This document shows positions 8,956-19,475 of a DNA stretch of 64,000 nt, piece by piece; position 1 is the stretch's first letter, and every line of letters starts with the position of its first letter. Made by a program: the position numbers and the translations under genes. The notes under the pieces were generated by a model. That model did not search any database and was not told where the DNA came from. It worked only from the letters and a program-made list of their open reading frames with translations. Origin of the DNA: an uncultured Bacteroidia bacterium (lineage in GTDB: Bacteria > Bacteroidota > Bacteroidia > Bacteroidales > UBA932); the NCBI GenBank assembly GCA_902797035.1, contig CADBRH010000055.1, positions 13,178-77,177 of the forward strand, read 5' to 3'.

Positions 8956-10451
8956 AAAGATTCCTTAGACTCGCAGCCATGACGCTGCTTCTCGCGGGCG
9001 CGGGCCATTCGCTCGGGGCCGCTGATTACTTCGCGAGGGATTTCGGCGCCGTCCCTGACGGGTTCACCGTCAACACCGTGAGCATACAGGCCGCCATCGA
9101 CTTCGTCTCCACCCATGGAGGCGGCCGGGTGGTGCTGGACAACGGGGACTACGTCACCGGAACCATCTACCTCAAGAATGGTGTGACACTGTGGATCGAC
9201 GAGGATTGCTCCCTCCTCGGCTCCCTGAATCCTTTCGACTACATCAAGGATCCCGACGCCAAATGGACGGCCCTGATATTCGCCATAGGGCAGAAGAATA
9301 TCGGTATCGAGGGCGGAGGCACCATCAACGGCCGCGGCTTCGCCGTTGCCACGAGGTTCATCGATTTCGTCCATATAGGCGTATTTCAGGACGCCCTCAA
9401 CCACGACCGTCTCCAGGAGGCCCAACGCCCGGAGAATATTCATTTCTACAAGTGCGAGGGCATCGTTATCCGTGACCTCACCCTTAGGGATCCGGGTTGC
9501 TGGAACCAGCAGTACGACAAATGCCGCGACATACTTGTGGAGAGGGTTCATGTTGACGCCAAGTCCTATTGGAACAACGACGGCATAGACATCGTGGACA
9601 GCAGCGACGTGATTATCCGCGACTGTTTCTTCGACGCCGCCGATGACGTCTATTGTTTCAAGAGCCACAGCAACGACGGGGTCAGCGAGAACATCCTCGT
9701 GGAGAACTGCGTCGGCCGCTCGAGCGCCAACGGTATCAAGTTCGGGACCTACACCAGGGGCAAGTTCAAGAATTTCAAGTTCAGGAACATCAAGATTTAC
9801 GACACTTACCGCAGCGCCATCACCATCGCCACAGTGGACGGATCGACGATTGAGGATGTGGAGTTCGACGGGATCGAGAGCCTTCACACCGGCAACCCCA
9901 TATTCCTCCGCACCGGGACCCGCCACACCCGTGATGACCTGAAGCCGTGCCTGAAGAACATCGTGATCAGGAACATGTACGCTGAGGTTCCTCTCGACAA
10001 GCCGGACGCCGGCTACAGCTATGAGGGCCCGGTCGAGGATCTTCCCCGCAATGTCTGCCCGAGCATCATCTATGGCAACCCTGACATCAGGATCGAGAAT
10101 GTCCGCCTTGAGAACATCGAGATTGTCTATCCCGGCCACGCCGATCCTGAATACGCTTTCCGCGGGACCACCAAGGAGGATCTCGACGGCATCCCCGAGA
10201 TGGAGACAAGCTACCCCGAGTTCTCCAACTGGAAGGAGCTTCCGGCCTGGGGATTCTATATCCGTCACGCCGACGGCATCGTGTTCGACAACGTGAAGAT
10301 CACGGTTGACGGAGAGGACTACCGTCCCGCCATAGTCACCGACGATGTCAACGGTCTCAGGCTCAAGGATGTGGAGATCAATCAGGACACCGCTCCGAAG
10401 GGCAAGAAGCAGATTATCACCAAGGACACCAAGAACATCAAGAAGAAATGA
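8952..10451 (+). CDS. glycoside hydrolase family 28
   Basis: FGAVPDG..NT.SIQAAID; NNDGID, DDVYCFKS, NGIKFGT beta-helix motifs. Confidence 0.9.
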   Translation: MKRFLRLAAMTLLLAGAGHSLGAADYFARDFGAVPDGFTVNTVSIQAAIDFVSTHGGGRVVLDNGDYVTGTIYLKNGVTLWIDEDCSLLGSLNPFDYIKDPDAKWTALIFAIGQKNIGIEGGGTINGRGFAVATRFIDFVHIGVFQDALNHDRLQEAQRPENIHFYKCEGIVIRDLTLRDPGCWNQQYDKCRDILVERVHVDAKSYWNNDGIDIVDSSDVIIRDCFFDAADDVYCFKSHSNDGVSENILVENCVGRSSANGIKFGTYTRGKFKNFKFRNIKIYDTYRSAITIATVDGSTIEDVEFDGIESLHTGNPIFLRTGTRHTRDDLKPCLKNIVIRNMYAEVPLDKPDAGYSYEGPVEDLPRNVCPSIIYGNPDIRIENVRLENIEIVYPGHADPEYAFRGTTKEDLDGIPEMETSYPEFSNWKELPAWGFYIRHADGIVFDNVKITVDGEDYRPAIVTDDVNGLRLKDVEINQDTAPKGKKQIITKDTKNIKKK

Positions 10452-11023
10452 AAAAAATACTTATCATAGCTTCCTTGCTGCTGGTATCGCTGGCGGGAAG
10501 CGCCCAGGACAAGCCTATCTACAAGTCATCCTTCTTCGGGATAAGGAGCGACGGGGCGACCGACAACACCACGTCCATCCAGAAAGCCATCGACTTTATC
10601 TCCTCTAAGGGAGGCGGAATACTTGAGTTCAGTGTCGGTCGTTATCTGACTGGAGCCATTGAGCTTAAATCAGGCGTGGACATCAATCTCCGTGAGGGTG
10701 CCATCATTGTCGGCTCCACGAACATCTACGCGTACGGCGGCCATAAAGGCGTCTTCTGGGCCGAGGGGATATCCGATGTGACCATCTTCGGCAAAGGCGT
10801 GATTGACGGCCGCGGACCCGAGCTCTTGCGGAATATCCGCGAGCAAATCAAGATGAGGCATATCCCGGACGACACCGTGGTTCCCACGCTTGTCTATCTC
10901 AAGGATTGCGTGAACATCAACCTCAAGGATTTCATCCTTCGCTATCCTGCCACCCGGGATGTCCTCTACATCATCGAGGGCGGTGACGTGAAAGTCGAGG
11001 GCTGCTACACCGACACGAGATGA
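10448..11023 (+). CDS. short GH28-related/pectate-lyase-3-like N-terminal-domain protein
   Basis: Signal peptide; FGIRSDGATDNTTSIQKAID, GRYLTGAIELKS, GKGVIDGRG; ends before the catalytic NNDG/DD motifs; translationally coupled on both sides. Confidence 0.8.
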   Translation: MKKILIIASLLLVSLAGSAQDKPIYKSSFFGIRSDGATDNTTSIQKAIDFISSKGGGILEFSVGRYLTGAIELKSGVDINLREGAIIVGSTNIYAYGGHKGVFWAEGISDVTIFGKGVIDGRGPELLRNIREQIKMRHIPDDTVVPTLVYLKDCVNINLKDFILRYPATRDVLYIIEGGDVKVEGCYTDTR

Positions 11024-13218
11024 GAAAGGTTCTGACGTTGTTGTCTCTGGTCCTCTGCTTAGGTTTGAGAGCCGGAGCGGAGGACTATTTCTGGAAAGCG
11101 AGATGGATCAGCAAGCAATACTACCAGAGCGAGACCAATTCATGGCTAGCCTTCCGGAAAGATGTTGACATCGAGAAGGTTCCGTCCTCTTTGGTGGCTA
11201 GGATAGCCGTCGATACAAAATACTGGCTTTGGATCAATGGCGAACCCGTCATCTATGAGGGAGGGCTGAAGCGAGGCCCTTCGATCGGGGGCGGCTATTA
11301 CGACAAGGTCGAGATAGCGCCTTACCTTAAGCCAGGGAAAAACAGGATCTCGGTGCTTGTCTGGTTCTTCGGGAAGGCCGGGTTCAGCCATATGAGCAGC
11401 GGCACCGGCGCCCTTCTTTTCGATGCCCGTTGCCCTGGCCTGGAGATTCTTTCGGACGAGAGTTGGGAATGCTCGGTACAGTACGGCTACGGTACAGCCT
11501 CGCACCCCGTGACCAACTACCGCCTCTCGGAGAGTAATATCCGTTACGATGCCAACTTATTTGATTACAATTGGTTCCAGACTCCGGTCCCTAAGCCGGA
11601 GTCTGGGCCAGTGCCACGGAAGGCCCCGGAATGGCTGGGATCTTCCATCGAGCTTCCGTTCCTCCCCGGGGAACCCCCGATGGGAGAGTTGGTCGAGAGG
11701 CCGATCCCACAGTGGAAAAACTATGGGTTGAAAGAATATCCTTCCGTCCGCCAACGCGGGGACACCCTTTACTGTAAGCTCCCGTACAACGGCCATTTCT
11801 CCCCTTGGCTGAAGGTCGAGGCCCCCAAAGGAAGAGTGATTTCCATGAGCACTGACCACGACATGGTATCAGGCGCCAAATGCGTGAGCGCCGAGTATGT
11901 CACGAGAGAGGGGGTCCAGGAATATGAGAGCTTCGGCTGGATGAACGGCGAGATGATGATGTATGTGGTTCCCTCCGACGTCAAGGTGCTTGGCGTGAAA
12001 TACAGGGAGACCGGGTATGACTCAGAGTTCACGGGGACGTTCTCGTGCTCCGACCCTATCCTCAACGAATATTGGGAGAAGGCCCGGAGGACACTTTATG
12101 TCTGCATGAGGGACACTTATTATGACTGCCCTGACCGTGAGAGGGCCCAATGGTGGGGTGACGAGGTCAACGAGTTGAACGAGGCGTTCTATATCCTTGA
12201 CCGTAATGCCGACATGTTGGCCAGGAAGGGTATTATGGAATTGGTCGGTTGGCAAAAACCGGATGGGGTGATGTACGCCCCGATCCCCTGCTCCAATTAT
12301 TTCAAGGAGCTCCCGATGCAGATTCTCAACTCTATCGGGTGGTTCGGCTTCAGGAATTATTGGTTCTATTCCGGCGACGACTCTTTCGTGGCGGATGTTT
12401 ATCCGGCGGTCCATAAATATATTCATGAGGTCTGGAAGCTTGATTCAGAGGGACTTCCGATCTATCGTAACGGTGGCTGGGACTGGCCGGACGCCGGCTC
12501 CCACCAGGACAAAGTGGCCCAACTTCACCTTTGGTATTACCTTGCCCTGAAAGCGGAGGCCTCTTTCGCCCGCATGCTCGGGAAGGAGGGCGACGCGGCG
12601 GAGGACGAGACCATCATGGCCGGGATAGAGTCTGTGTTGAACACGAGGTATTGGAACGGCTCGGCCTACATCACCCCCGGTTTCGAGGATCTGCCCGACG
12701 ACAGGGTACAGGCCCTGGCCGTGATTTCAGGTGTCGCCTCGTCTGACAAGTACCCAGGGATCAAGCGGGTTTTCGCCGAAAGGTACAACTCCACGACTTA
12801 CATGTTCCCCTATGTCCTGGATGCCCTTTTCACGATGGGTGAGCCTCAGATGGCTATCGACAGGATGCGGAAGATGTTCCCGACCATCATGAAGGACGAC
12901 TGCACGACCTTATGGGAGCATTGGGATCATAGCGGGACTTGCAATCACGCCTGGGCTGGTGGCGGTGTGATCTCTATGGTCAGGCAGATGGCCGGGATTG
13001 ACGCCCTTGAGCCGGGTCACAAGTCTTTCAGCCTGAAACCTCAGATGGGAGACCTCAAGTGGCTCGAGACCGGTTTCGAGACAAACCACGGAAGGATAGA
13101 CGTCTCTCTTGTCAAGAAGGGAAAGAGGATTGACGCCACCGTCACCGTCCCTGAAGGGACCACATGCATAGCCGCCGGAAAGACCTTAGGTCCCGGTACC
13201 CACAAGATCAGGCTGTGA
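11020..13218 (+). CDS. alpha-L-rhamnosidase, GH78-like
   Basis: DCPDRERAQWWGD motif; TTLWEHW..NHAW; C-terminal GRIDVS..VTVPEG. Confidence 0.88.
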   Translation: MRKVLTLLSLVLCLGLRAGAEDYFWKARWISKQYYQSETNSWLAFRKDVDIEKVPSSLVARIAVDTKYWLWINGEPVIYEGGLKRGPSIGGGYYDKVEIAPYLKPGKNRISVLVWFFGKAGFSHMSSGTGALLFDARCPGLEILSDESWECSVQYGYGTASHPVTNYRLSESNIRYDANLFDYNWFQTPVPKPESGPVPRKAPEWLGSSIELPFLPGEPPMGELVERPIPQWKNYGLKEYPSVRQRGDTLYCKLPYNGHFSPWLKVEAPKGRVISMSTDHDMVSGAKCVSAEYVTREGVQEYESFGWMNGEMMMYVVPSDVKVLGVKYRETGYDSEFTGTFSCSDPILNEYWEKARRTLYVCMRDTYYDCPDRERAQWWGDEVNELNEAFYILDRNADMLARKGIMELVGWQKPDGVMYAPIPCSNYFKELPMQILNSIGWFGFRNYWFYSGDDSFVADVYPAVHKYIHEVWKLDSEGLPIYRNGGWDWPDAGSHQDKVAQLHLWYYLALKAEASFARMLGKEGDAAEDETIMAGIESVLNTRYWNGSAYITPGFEDLPDDRVQALAVISGVASSDKYPGIKRVFAERYNSTTYMFPYVLDALFTMGEPQMAIDRMRKMFPTIMKDDCTTLWEHWDHSGTCNHAWAGGGVISMVRQMAGIDALEPGHKSFSLKPQMGDLKWLETGFETNHGRIDVSLVKKGKRIDATVTVPEGTTCIAAGKTLGPGTHKIRL

Positions 13219-13219
13219 T

Positions 13220-14671
13220 TCAGATCTCGACGGGCTTGTATCTCGGGACGAGAATCCTCATGATCGTCCAGGCGAGGAGGTAGGCTATCCCGCAGAAGCA
13301 GAACACCATGAAGTAGCCGGCCGGTTTCCCTTCGAACCCGAGGAAGCGGAAAGCGGTCCCGGCTTGCTCGGCGTGGGTGAACAAGTTTCCGGCCACTTTC
13401 TGGATGATCATAGACCCGACTCCTCCGGCCATGGCGCCTATTCCCGTGATAGTCGCGATGGCGCCCTTGGGGAACATGTCTCCGACGGTGGAGAAAATAT
13501 TGGCTGACCAGGCCTGATGCCCGGCTGCCGCAAGACCTATGAGTATGGCGGGCCACCAGGGGGAGTTGAAATGAACCCCGAGAGGCTGGGCGAAGAGCGA
13601 GCACAGCGGCAGGAAAGCGAAGAGCAGCATAGCCAGCATTCGTCCGGAATAGGGATGCATACCCTTCTTCTCCACGAACACCTTGGGTAGATAACCTCCT
13701 ATGAGTGAGACCACCGTGACAATGGCGTAAAGGGTGAATATCAGAGCCTGGCCTCTACCGGATGTCGCCGGGGCGTTGAACTGGTTGCTGAAATACGAAG
13801 GCGCCCAAAACAGGAAGAACCACCAAACACCGTCAGTGAGGAATTTCCCGACCACGAAAGACCAGGTCTGCCTGTATTTGAAAGCCTGGACGAAGGGGAT
13901 GGATTTCTCCTGGGCGAGAGCCGCTTTCTCGGCGGCCTCCTCGGCGTCATCCTGGAGGATATATTCAAGCTCGGCCTCATTCACATGTTTGCTCTTCTCG
14001 GGCTTGTCATACATGAAGTTCCAGAAGAACATCCAGATGAAGCCCAGCCCGCCGATAATGACGAAAGCCCATTCCCAACCGAGAGCCTTGGCGAGCGGAG
14101 GGATGCAGAGCGGAGCGGCGAGAGCTCCGACAGAAGCTCCGGCATTGAATATGGAAGTGGCGAAAGCCCTGTCTTTCTTTGGGAAATACTCGGCGGTCAC
14201 CTTGATGGCGGCCGGGAAGTTACCGGCCTCACCCAAAGCGAGTATGCCGCGGCAGAGCAGGAAAAGATACACTGATGTTGTGGCGACCGCGAGGGCGGCG
14301 TTGCTTCCAGCCTCGACAGCGCGAATCGCCGCGACGGACTCGAAACCTCCCAGGTGGGCGGTGGCCCAGCCGCAGGCGGCATGCATCACGGCTCCCGCCG
14401 ACCAGACACCAATGGCGATCAGATATCCCTTCTTGGTTCCCATCCAGTCCACGAACTTGCCGGCGAATAGGCAGGCGATGGCGTACAGGATGGAGAAGAA
14501 GGACGTGATGGTCCCGTAATTGGCGTCCGTCCAGTGGAATTCAGGCTTGATGAACTCCTCGTATGTGAGAGAGAGCACTTGGCGGTCAAGGTAGTTGACC
14601 GTGGTGGCCACAAAGAGAAGGCTGCAGATCCACCATCTCCAATCGGTCATCAGTTTTTTCTGTGTTGACAT
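13220..14671 (-). CDS. exuT: MFS hexuronate transporter (ExuT-like)
   Basis: WRWWICSLLFVATTVNYLDRQVLS, GEAGNFPAAIK, HQAWSAN; directly downstream of uxaC. Confidence 0.8.
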   Translation of the reverse strand: MSTQKKLMTDWRWWICSLLFVATTVNYLDRQVLSLTYEEFIKPEFHWTDANYGTITSFFSILYAIACLFAGKFVDWMGTKKGYLIAIGVWSAGAVMHAACGWATAHLGGFESVAAIRAVEAGSNAALAVATTSVYLFLLCRGILALGEAGNFPAAIKVTAEYFPKKDRAFATSIFNAGASVGALAAPLCIPPLAKALGWEWAFVIIGGLGFIWMFFWNFMYDKPEKSKHVNEAELEYILQDDAEEAAEKAALAQEKSIPFVQAFKYRQTWSFVVGKFLTDGVWWFFLFWAPSYFSNQFNAPATSGRGQALIFTLYAIVTVVSLIGGYLPKVFVEKKGMHPYSGRMLAMLLFAFLPLCSLFAQPLGVHFNSPWWPAILIGLAAAGHQAWSANIFSTVGDMFPKGAIATITGIGAMAGGVGSMIIQKVAGNLFTHAEQAGTAFRFLGFEGKPAGYFMVFCFCGIAYLLAWTIMRILVPRYKPVEI

Positions 14672-14675
14672 ATTC

Positions 14676-16091
14676 TCAGAAATCGAAATAGTTCTTGGCG
14701 TTGTTGTAGCTGATGTCCTCCACCATCTTTCCGATGAAGTCAAGCTCGGAGGCGGGTAGTTTGCCGCTTTCCACGTCGGCCCCGATGACGTCGCATAGGA
14801 TGCGCCGGAAATACTCGTGGCGGGGATAGCTGATGAAACTGCGGCTGTCTGTCAGCATGCCGACGAAGCGGCTGAGGAGACCCTGGGCGGAAAGGGCGTT
14901 CAATTGCTTCCGCATCCCGTCTTCCTGATCAAGGAACCACCATCCTGACCCGAATTGCATCTTGCCGGGGAATGTCCCGTCGTTGAAAGTGTAAGCCATG
15001 GCCATCATGACCTCGTTGTCTTTGGGGTTGAGGCAATAGAGGATGGTCTTCGCGAGTTTGTCCTCAGAGGCCAAACGGTCGAAGAAGCGGTGCCCGGCCG
15101 CCGCCACGGGCAGGTCGCCGATGGCGTCGAATCCAGTGTCGGGGCCAATCGCGCGGAACATCTTGGTGTTGTTGTTCCTCAACGGCCCGACATGGAACTG
15201 CTGGGCCCAACCGGCCTCAGCGTCCATGACCGCCATGTCATGCAGGAAGGCGCTCCGGAACTTCTCCAGCTCTTTCGGGCCGGGAGCCTTCCCTAGCAGC
15301 ACTTTCTTGAATATCAGCTCTATTTCCAACTCGGTGTAGTCGGCGCCGTAGAATGTGTCCATTCCATGGTCCGAAAGCTTGCAGCCTCTGGAAGCGAAGA
15401 AATCATGCCGTTTTTTCAGAGCTTGGATAAGGTCGGCGTAAGAATCGATCTCCTTGTCAGCCGCCTCTCCAAGTGTCTTGAGGTAGGCTTTGTAGGCTTT
15501 CGGATCCTCCACCGCCATGGCCTTGTCGGGCCTCCACGCCGGGAGAACCTTGACACCGAACGGATTCTCGGCGATCATCTTATGCCAGCGCAGATCATCG
15601 GCCGGGTCATCGGTCGTGCATACGACCTCAACCCCGAACTTCCTGATGAGGGCCTGTCCCCGGAACTCTTCGGTAGCGAGCATTGCGTTGCATTTCTCGA
15701 ATATGTCCCTGGCCGTCTTGGGACTTAGGAGGTCATCGATCCCGAACACCCTGCTGAGCTCCAGATGGGTCCAGTGATAGAGCGGGTTGCGCATAGTGTA
15801 AGGCACGGTCTCCGCCCATTTCTCGAATGTCTCCCAAGGGGATTTTGTCCCTCCGGTGATATATTCCTCCGGCACTCCGTTGGCCCGCATGGCGCGCCAC
15901 TTGTAATGGTCGCCTGCATGGCCGTCAACAAGCCAAAGCTGGGTGATGTCCCTGAACTGGATGTTCTCGGCTATCTGTCTTGGGACAAGGTGGCAGTGAT
16001 AGTCGATAATAGGCTTCTTCGCGGCATGCTCGTGGTACAGCTTCCTGGCTGTCTCGTTTCCGAGCATGAAATTATCATTGATGAATGTCAT
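14676..16091 (-). CDS. uxaC: glucuronate (uronate) isomerase
   Basis: [62 protein letters not shown]. Confidence 0.97.
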   Translation of the reverse strand: MTFINDNFMLGNETARKLYHEHAAKKPIIDYHCHLVPRQIAENIQFRDITQLWLVDGHAGDHYKWRAMRANGVPEEYITGGTKSPWETFEKWAETVPYTMRNPLYHWTHLELSRVFGIDDLLSPKTARDIFEKCNAMLATEEFRGQALIRKFGVEVVCTTDDPADDLRWHKMIAENPFGVKVLPAWRPDKAMAVEDPKAYKAYLKTLGEAADKEIDSYADLIQALKKRHDFFASRGCKLSDHGMDTFYGADYTELEIELIFKKVLLGKAPGPKELEKFRSAFLHDMAVMDAEAGWAQQFHVGPLRNNNTKMFRAIGPDTGFDAIGDLPVAAAGHRFFDRLASEDKLAKTILYCLNPKDNEVMMAMAYTFNDGTFPGKMQFGSGWWFLDQEDGMRKQLNALSAQGLLSRFVGMLTDSRSFISYPRHEYFRRILCDVIGADVESGKLPASELDFIGKMVEDISYNNAKNYFDF

Positions 16092-16152
16092 AGTCACAAA
16101 AATACTTTATTTTCGCGACAGTTACTTAATTCGGCAGATAAATCGTTTAGTC

Positions 16153-18723
16153 ATGAGAGGAGTTCGTTTGATTTTGGCTCTGGCGCTGGTTTGCCAGGGT
16201 TCTTTGGCCCAGAGGTTGGTTCTCAGTTATGATCGTCCCGCGACCAGGTTCGAGGAGGCGCTGCCGATCGGGAACGGCCATCTCGGAGCTACCGTGTATG
16301 GAGGGGTGGCCGACGATCTGATATGGCTGAACGAGGGTTCCCTTTGGGGAGGCTGCGCTAATCCAGACAACAACCCTGTCCCGACAGGCGGCCCCGAGCT
16401 TCTCGCCGAGGTCAGGGCGCTTCTCGACAAAGAGGACTGGACCGGCGCCGAGAGACTCGTGATGGGACTGCAGGGCAAATATGTCAACTCGTACCTCCCT
16501 ATGGGAAGTCTGCGTCTGAGGCAGAGTTTCGACAAAGATGTCCTCGTGTTCGACTACAACGGGAACAACTCCTCGCTTCCCCGGAAGAATCAGGCGACCG
16601 TCGGGGACTATCGCAGGACTCTCGACCTGGACAGTGCGATCGTCAGGACCGGTTTTGTCGTGGACGGGGTGGAATACACCAGGGAAATGTTCGTCTCCCA
16701 CCCGGACAGGGTGATGGTGATTCATCTGACCTCCTCGGAGGAAGGTAAGCTTGAATTCGATCTGGACGGCGCCACGATGTGGGACGGTAGTTCCGTCGAG
16801 AGCGTATCCTCTAATGAATATATCGTCAGAGGTCAGGTGGGATATTACCAGAGCACCAAATGGCAGGAGCCCTTCTCCCGTTGGCAGGTCGGTCCGAACG
16901 GGGAGAGGGGGATGCGCTACCAGTTCCGGGTGAAGGTGATCAAGTGTGACGGGAAGGTCTACACCGGCCCCTGCATCCACGTCAGCGACGCCAGCGACGT
17001 CCTGATCCTGGTCTCCGCAGCCACGAGTTTCAACGGGTTTGACAAGAGGCCTGACACTGAGGGTCGGGACGAGAACGCCCTGGCGGCATCCTTCATAACC
17101 GCGGCCGAAGGGAAGACTCTTATGGCGCTCCGAGACGCTCATGTCGCTGATTATCAAAAGCTTTTCAATTCTGTTAAACTTACTCTCGGCTCAGCAGGAG
17201 TCGCCTCCGGGCTTAGGCCGTACTCAGCCGCGGCGGAGCGAGGATGGACTCGGCCGGGCCCGAACGGCGATCCGGCGCCTGCTGGAGAGAATCTGCATTT
17301 GGAGAAAACCACTGACCAGAGGCTGAATGATTACGCCGCGGGAGGAGAGGACCCCTATCTCGAGACCTTATATTTCCAGTTCGGACGCTATCTCTTGATC
17401 TCCTCTTCCCGCGAGGACAGCGAGGTTCCTTGCAACCTTCAGGGAATATGGTGCAAGGATCGCCAGCCCGCTTGGGGGAGCGACCTTCACACGAACATCA
17501 ATGTCCAGATGAACTACTGGCCGGCCGAGCCTCTCGGCCTGGGCTCCTGCGCCTTGCCGCTGATGGAGTTCATCAGGAACAGCTCGGTCGCCGGGGCTGA
17601 GGTCGTGAGGAACATGTACGGCATGAAGGGCTGGACGGTCCACCACAACAGCGACATCTGGTGTGCCGCCAATCCTGTGGGAGACAAGTCGGGAAGCCCT
17701 TCCTGGGCGAATTACGTGATGGCGGGCCCTTGGCTTTGCACCCATCTTTACGAGCATTATCTGTTCACTGGTGACAAGGCCTTCCTGGAAGAGACGGCGT
17801 ACCCTTTGCTGAAAGGCTCGGCCGAGTTCCTGATGGACTGGCTTATCGAGAAGGACGGTAAATATATCACCTCCCCTTCCACCTCCCCGGAGAACGCTTT
17901 CTATGACGACAACGGCAACAGGGGGCAAGTCACTATCGGCTCAGCCATGGATCTGGAGATATGCTGGGAGTTGTTCACGGATGTGATCGAGGCCAGCGAG
18001 AGGCTGGGGGCCGATCCGGAACTCAGGAAACAGTGGATTCATTACCGTGACAATCTTCATCCTCTACAGATAGGGGCCGCGGGTAATCTTGTCGAGTGGT
18101 ACAAGGACTGGAAGGATGTCGAGCCTCAGCACAGGCACGTGTCCCATCTATTCGGGCTCCATCCAGGCCACGAGATATCCCCTTTGAAAACTCCCGACCT
18201 GGCCAAGGCGGCTGTCAAGACCCTGGAGGTCAGGGGAGATGGCGGCACCGGCTGGAGCAAGGCGTGGAAAATTTGTTTCTGGGCCAGATTGTTGGACGGC
18301 GACCACGCCTACAAGATGTACCGCGAGCTTTTGTGCAAATCGACCTTGCCGAATCTCTGGGACACCCACCCGCCGTTCCAGATTGACGGTAATTTCGGCA
18401 GCATAGCCGGAATAGCTGAGATGCTATTACAGAGTCAAAACGCTGAGATTCACCTGCTTCCGGCTATTCCTTCGGCTTGGGCCGAGGGTTCGGTTAAGGG
18501 CATCAGGGCCCGCGGGGCGGTCTCGGTCGACATGGATTGGTCCGGCGGAAGACTCAAGTCAGCGGTCATCCGGGACACCCATGTCGCCCAGAGTGTCACA
18601 ATCCGCACAGATGTCCCGGTCAAGGTTAAAGGCGCCGCCGCCAAGACTCGCCGCGACGGGGAATATTACCTGACCACCGTCACCATCAAACCCGGCAGAG
18701 ACCTTCTCCTGACCGCCAAGTGA
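16153..18723 (+). CDS. glycoside hydrolase family 95 (alpha-L-fucosidase/galactosidase-like) with in-frame palindromic insertion
   Basis: [51 protein letters not shown]. Confidence 0.93.
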   Translation: MRGVRLILALALVCQGSLAQRLVLSYDRPATRFEEALPIGNGHLGATVYGGVADDLIWLNEGSLWGGCANPDNNPVPTGGPELLAEVRALLDKEDWTGAERLVMGLQGKYVNSYLPMGSLRLRQSFDKDVLVFDYNGNNSSLPRKNQATVGDYRRTLDLDSAIVRTGFVVDGVEYTREMFVSHPDRVMVIHLTSSEEGKLEFDLDGATMWDGSSVESVSSNEYIVRGQVGYYQSTKWQEPFSRWQVGPNGERGMRYQFRVKVIKCDGKVYTGPCIHVSDASDVLILVSAATSFNGFDKRPDTEGRDENALAASFITAAEGKTLMALRDAHVADYQKLFNSVKLTLGSAGVASGLRPYSAAAERGWTRPGPNGDPAPAGENLHLEKTTDQRLNDYAAGGEDPYLETLYFQFGRYLLISSSREDSEVPCNLQGIWCKDRQPAWGSDLHTNINVQMNYWPAEPLGLGSCALPLMEFIRNSSVAGAEVVRNMYGMKGWTVHHNSDIWCAANPVGDKSGSPSWANYVMAGPWLCTHLYEHYLFTGDKAFLEETAYPLLKGSAEFLMDWLIEKDGKYITSPSTSPENAFYDDNGNRGQVTIGSAMDLEICWELFTDVIEASERLGADPELRKQWIHYRDNLHPLQIGAAGNLVEWYKDWKDVEPQHRHVSHLFGLHPGHEISPLKTPDLAKAAVKTLEVRGDGGTGWSKAWKICFWARLLDGDHAYKMYRELLCKSTLPNLWDTHPPFQIDGNFGSIAGIAEMLLQSQNAEIHLLPAIPSAWAEGSVKGIRARGAVSVDMDWSGGRLKSAVIRDTHVAQSVTIRTDVPVKVKGAAAKTRRDGEYYLTTVTIKPGRDLLLTAK
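17183..17289 (+). repeat. palindromic element family B, copy 1 (in frame in GH95)
   Basis: 17225-17277 matches the reverse complement of 24404-24456 at 50/53 nt (first 38 nt identical); encodes [12 protein letters not shown]. Confidence 0.85.
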
Positions 18724-18732
18724 TAAGGCGGC

Positions 18733-19146
18733 TCAACTTTTAATTATCCGGACAAACTCCTCCGGCGAATGGACAATCAAACTCGTGTAGGGTTTGAAAT
18801 GGCCCACGTTGGATGTCAGGATCACATCGCAAAGAGCGTCCTCGGCGCATGCTATCAGAGCGGCGTCCTCAAGGTCAGGACAATCGCTTTTTGTCGCTTT
18901 CGTCAAGTGTTCCTTGGTGATGGGGATAACGTCGACGAAAGGTAATACACGCTTTATCGCTGACCGGAACACTTTATAAGGTTTCTTTCTCGCGATATAG
19001 GCGCAATCGGTGATTGATTGTGAGGATATGCAGACATCCAGAAAGCCTTCTTTGGCGCCTTCGAACACCAGGGCGGCGTCACGGAAACGCTCTCTGGTGT
19101 TGTCGAAAAGATCCACCAGAATATTTGTGTCAAGGAAAACTCTCAT
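18733..19146 (-). CDS. PIN-domain (VapC-like) toxin
   Basis: MRVFLDTNILVD; D.EDA...ACA....D.I.T.N..HF acidic PIN residues. Confidence 0.9.
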   Translation of the reverse strand: MRVFLDTNILVDLFDNTRERFRDAALVFEGAKEGFLDVCISSQSITDCAYIARKKPYKVFRSAIKRVLPFVDVIPITKEHLTKATKSDCPDLEDAALIACAEDALCDVILTSNVGHFKPYTSLIVHSPEEFVRIIKS

Positions 19147-19412
19147 TTTGACAATAGGTAAGCCAGACGCTCGTCAGCCGCGATTTCATCTGGTGTGTAA
19201 TGTGGCAGCGTCTCCCCAAGAGCTAACGTCTCTTCGGAGATAGTGACGGAGGGTTCAAGTTTTGGATAATCCAACCCGGCCGCGGACTCCAAGATGCCCT
19301 CCACAAAGCGATTAAAAGATTTGTTCTCTTTTTTCGCCCTGATTTTTAGCCTGTTATATAACTCGGGATTCAGTCTTATCCCGGTCTGGACTTTTGCCTC
19401 AATGATTCTCAT
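19143..19412 (-). CDS. ribbon-helix-helix/HicB-like antitoxin
   Basis: GIRLNPELYNRLKIRAKKENKSFNRFVEGIL RHH pattern; overlaps the PIN start by 4 nt. Confidence 0.8.
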   Translation of the reverse strand: MRIIEAKVQTGIRLNPELYNRLKIRAKKENKSFNRFVEGILESAAGLDYPKLEPSVTISEETLALGETLPHYTPDEIAADERLAYLLSK

Positions 19413-19429
19413 CTTTGTCGTGTTTCCGG

Positions 19430-19461
19430 CAAAACTACGACAAAGTGATAACAAAAGCAAA
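19430..19461 (-). promoter_or_regulatory. Bacteroidetes sigma-A promoter of the TA operon
   Basis: TTTG-N20-TAGTTTTG on the minus strand. Confidence 0.6.
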
Positions 19462-19475
19462 AAATGTTATCAGAA

